From Vicinamibacterales bacterium (GTDB lineage Bacteria; Acidobacteriota; Vicinamibacteria; Vicinamibacterales; UBA2999): DNA of 64,000 bases. The notes below the pieces were generated by a model. The model saw nothing but the letters and a program-made list of their open reading frames with translations, was not told the DNA's origin and did not search any database. Position numbers and translations under genes: made by a program. Below are positions 62,474-64,000 of this stretch, piece by piece. The stretch's first letter is position 1. The number at the start of each line of letters is the position of its first letter. The stretch lies in NCBI GenBank assembly GCA_050246635.1, contig JBFWVR010000005.1:370844-434843 (forward strand), written 5' to 3'.

Positions 62474-64000
62474 ATGGCTGCGGAACCTCGCCTCCAGCGG
62501 CCCCGGCATCGGTCCATCCGGTGGCGGCTGCCGGTGCTCATCTGTGTGCTCATGCTCGCGGCCGTCGCGGCCTTTGGCTGGGCCGCGTACGGCGCCGTCG
62601 AGCAGGTCCTGCTCACGGCCGGCCGCACCCGCGTGGCCAACGTCGCCCAGCAGGTGGGACAGCTCCTCGACAACGCGATCGTGACGCGCCTCGAGGAGAG
62701 CCGGCGCCTTGCGAGCCGGCCGGGCGTCGCGACCGTCTTCGCCGAGCAGACACCCGAGACCCTCGCCCGGGCCGCCCAGTCGCTCGACACCTATCTCGGG
62801 GCCAGCCCCCAGACGATCAGCGTGGCCCTCTGGTCCGCCGACGGCCGCAAGCTCGTCGAGCGGCCCGAGCTCTCGCGCGGCACCGACTCGCTGGCGCAGG
62901 ACAGCCCGCCGGCCGCGGCCGGTGTCGGGGCCATTTACGAGACGGATGGCATCGCCTACTACGACGTCGCCGTGCGGGCGCCCCTCGAGGAAGACGGCGG
63001 GCCTGGTGGGTTTCTCGTCACGCGCCGCCGCACCGCCACGGCTGGCGCCGGGGAGGCGCTGCGGGGCCTGATGGGAGGCAACACCACCCTGGCGATCGGC
63101 ACGGCCGAGACCGGCGTGTGGACCAACCACTCGGAGGTCATCCCCGCCCCGGCATTGCCCGCCGTCGATGGCGCCATCGACTTCGCTGATCCGCGCACCG
63201 GCGAGACCGAGATTGGCGTCGCCCGGCGCGTCGGCGACTCGCCGTGGACGATGTGGCTGTACACGCCACGGTCGGCCATCCTCGCGCCCGCCCGGCAGTT
63301 CCTGCTCGGGATGATCCCGTTGACGCTGCTCATCGTGGGGCTCGGCGCCGTGATCGCGTGGGTCACGGCGGGCCAGATCCTCAGCCCCCTGACGGAGCTC
63401 ACGGCCACCGCCCGCGGCGTGTCGCAGGGCGACCTGTCGCGCCGGGTCGACGCCAGCCGGCAGGACGAGTTCGGGGTCGTGGGCGAGGCGTTCAACACCA
63501 TGCTGGCGCGTGTGCAGGCCAGCCACGACGAGCTCGACGCCCGGGTGCACGAGCGGACCCGCGACCTGCGCGAGGCGCTGGCGACCCTCGAGCAGACCCA
63601 GGCCGAGCTCGTGCGGCGCGAGAAGCTCGCCATGCTCGGGCAGCTCGCGAGCAGCGTCGGCCACGAGCTGCGCAACCCGCTGGGCGTGATGACCAACGCG
63701 GTGTACGTGCTCGAGATGGTGCAGCCCGGCGCGCCCGACCAGGTGCGCGAGTACTACGGGCTGCTGCGGGCCCAGATCGGGCTCGCCGAGAAGATCATCA
63801 GCGACCTCCTCGACTTCGGCCGCATCAAGCCCCCGCAGCGGGAGGCCGTGGCCCTCCGGACCATCGTCGACGAGCAACTGGCCCGCGCGGGTGATGCCGC
63901 CGACATCGAGGTGATACGTGATTTCCCGGAGCCGCTGCCACGGGCGTTCGTCGACCGGTTCCAGGTGGGACAGATCGTCCTGAACCTGATCGTCAACGCG
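62474..64000 (+). CDS. sensor histidine kinase (TM-sensor-TM-HAMP-HisKA-HATPase), 3' end outside the window
   Basis: This is my own translation from ATG 62474; the gene is not in the ORF track because no stop occurs before 64000. The product begins MAAEPRLQRPRHRSIRWRLPVLICVLMLAAVAAF... and has a second TM helix (MIPLTLLIVGLGAVIAWV). A HAMP domain (LTELTATARGVSQGDLSRRV...FNTML), an H-box (SSVGHELRNPL) and an N-box start (LNLIVNA) follow. Confidence 0.85.
   Translation, partial: MAAEPRLQRPRHRSIRWRLPVLICVLMLAAVAAFGWAAYGAVEQVLLTAGRTRVANVAQQVGQLLDNAIVTRLEESRRLASRPGVATVFAEQTPETLARAAQSLDTYLGASPQTISVALWSADGRKLVERPELSRGTDSLAQDSPPAAAGVGAIYETDGIAYYDVAVRAPLEEDGGPGGFLVTRRRTATAGAGEALRGLMGGNTTLAIGTAETGVWTNHSEVIPAPALPAVDGAIDFADPRTGETEIGVARRVGDSPWTMWLYTPRSAILAPARQFLLGMIPLTLLIVGLGAVIAWVTAGQILSPLTELTATARGVSQGDLSRRVDASRQDEFGVVGEAFNTMLARVQASHDELDARVHERTRDLREALATLEQTQAELVRREKLAMLGQLASSVGHELRNPLGVMTNAVYVLEMVQPGAPDQVREYYGLLRAQIGLAEKIISDLLDFGRIKPPQREAVALRTIVDEQLARAGDAADIEVIRDFPEPLPRAFVDRFQVGQIVLNLIVNA

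Overview
This is a very GC-rich bacterial chromosomal segment (roughly 70% GC by eye). Almost every real gene has a long Arg/Ala/Gly/Pro-rich shadow ORF on the antisense strand. Several track ORFs are N-terminally over-extended or fuse two genes, so I re-set starts using internal ATG/GTG codons, SD sequences and start/stop overlaps.

Left flank (1-8.5 kb): ribA, a Gfo/Idh/MocA oxidoreductase, a GMC oxidoreductase, a VOC protein, an aldo/keto reductase, a sigma54 enhancer-binding protein (EBP1) and a REC-PAS-GGDEF diguanylate cyclase.

Core (8.47-55.18 kb): a ~47-kb exopolysaccharide locus of about 30 genes, all but one on the minus strand.
- It carries the gene set typical of PEP-CTERM/exosortase-type EPS loci: a short Wza-like exporter, a beta-barrel OMP, a chain-length determinant, a P-loop kinase-like ATPase, an EpsB-type phosphoglycosyltransferase, an ExeA-like ATPase, an O-antigen-ligase-like protein, two AsnB-like amidotransferases and stp-like GT4s.
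- It also carries two Wzx flippases, five GT2 genes (one fused to a TagF-like glycerophosphotransferase), two nucleotide-sugar dehydrogenases (one AlgD-like), a nucleotidyltransferase and a heparinase II/III-like protein.
- No exosortase gene is present in the window.
- Five secreted multidomain enzymes are embedded in the locus: three tandem beta-helix paralogs, an EEP-family enzyme and a PLD-family enzyme. Three of them share an unassigned ~185-aa module that occurs four times in total.
- The locus is headed by a second sigma54-type regulator (EBP2) with a degenerate GAFTGA loop and a pseudo-receiver domain.

Eight sigma54-type (-24/-12) promoter matches lie in intergenic gaps in the correct orientation.

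Right flank: a small sigma54-driven PEP-CTERM-like protein, an MCP, a DUF1440 membrane protein, a MerR regulator divergent from a TonB-dependent receptor, tRNA-Thr(CGT) and a histidine kinase that runs off the window.

I found no rRNA, CRISPR array, transposase or integrase.
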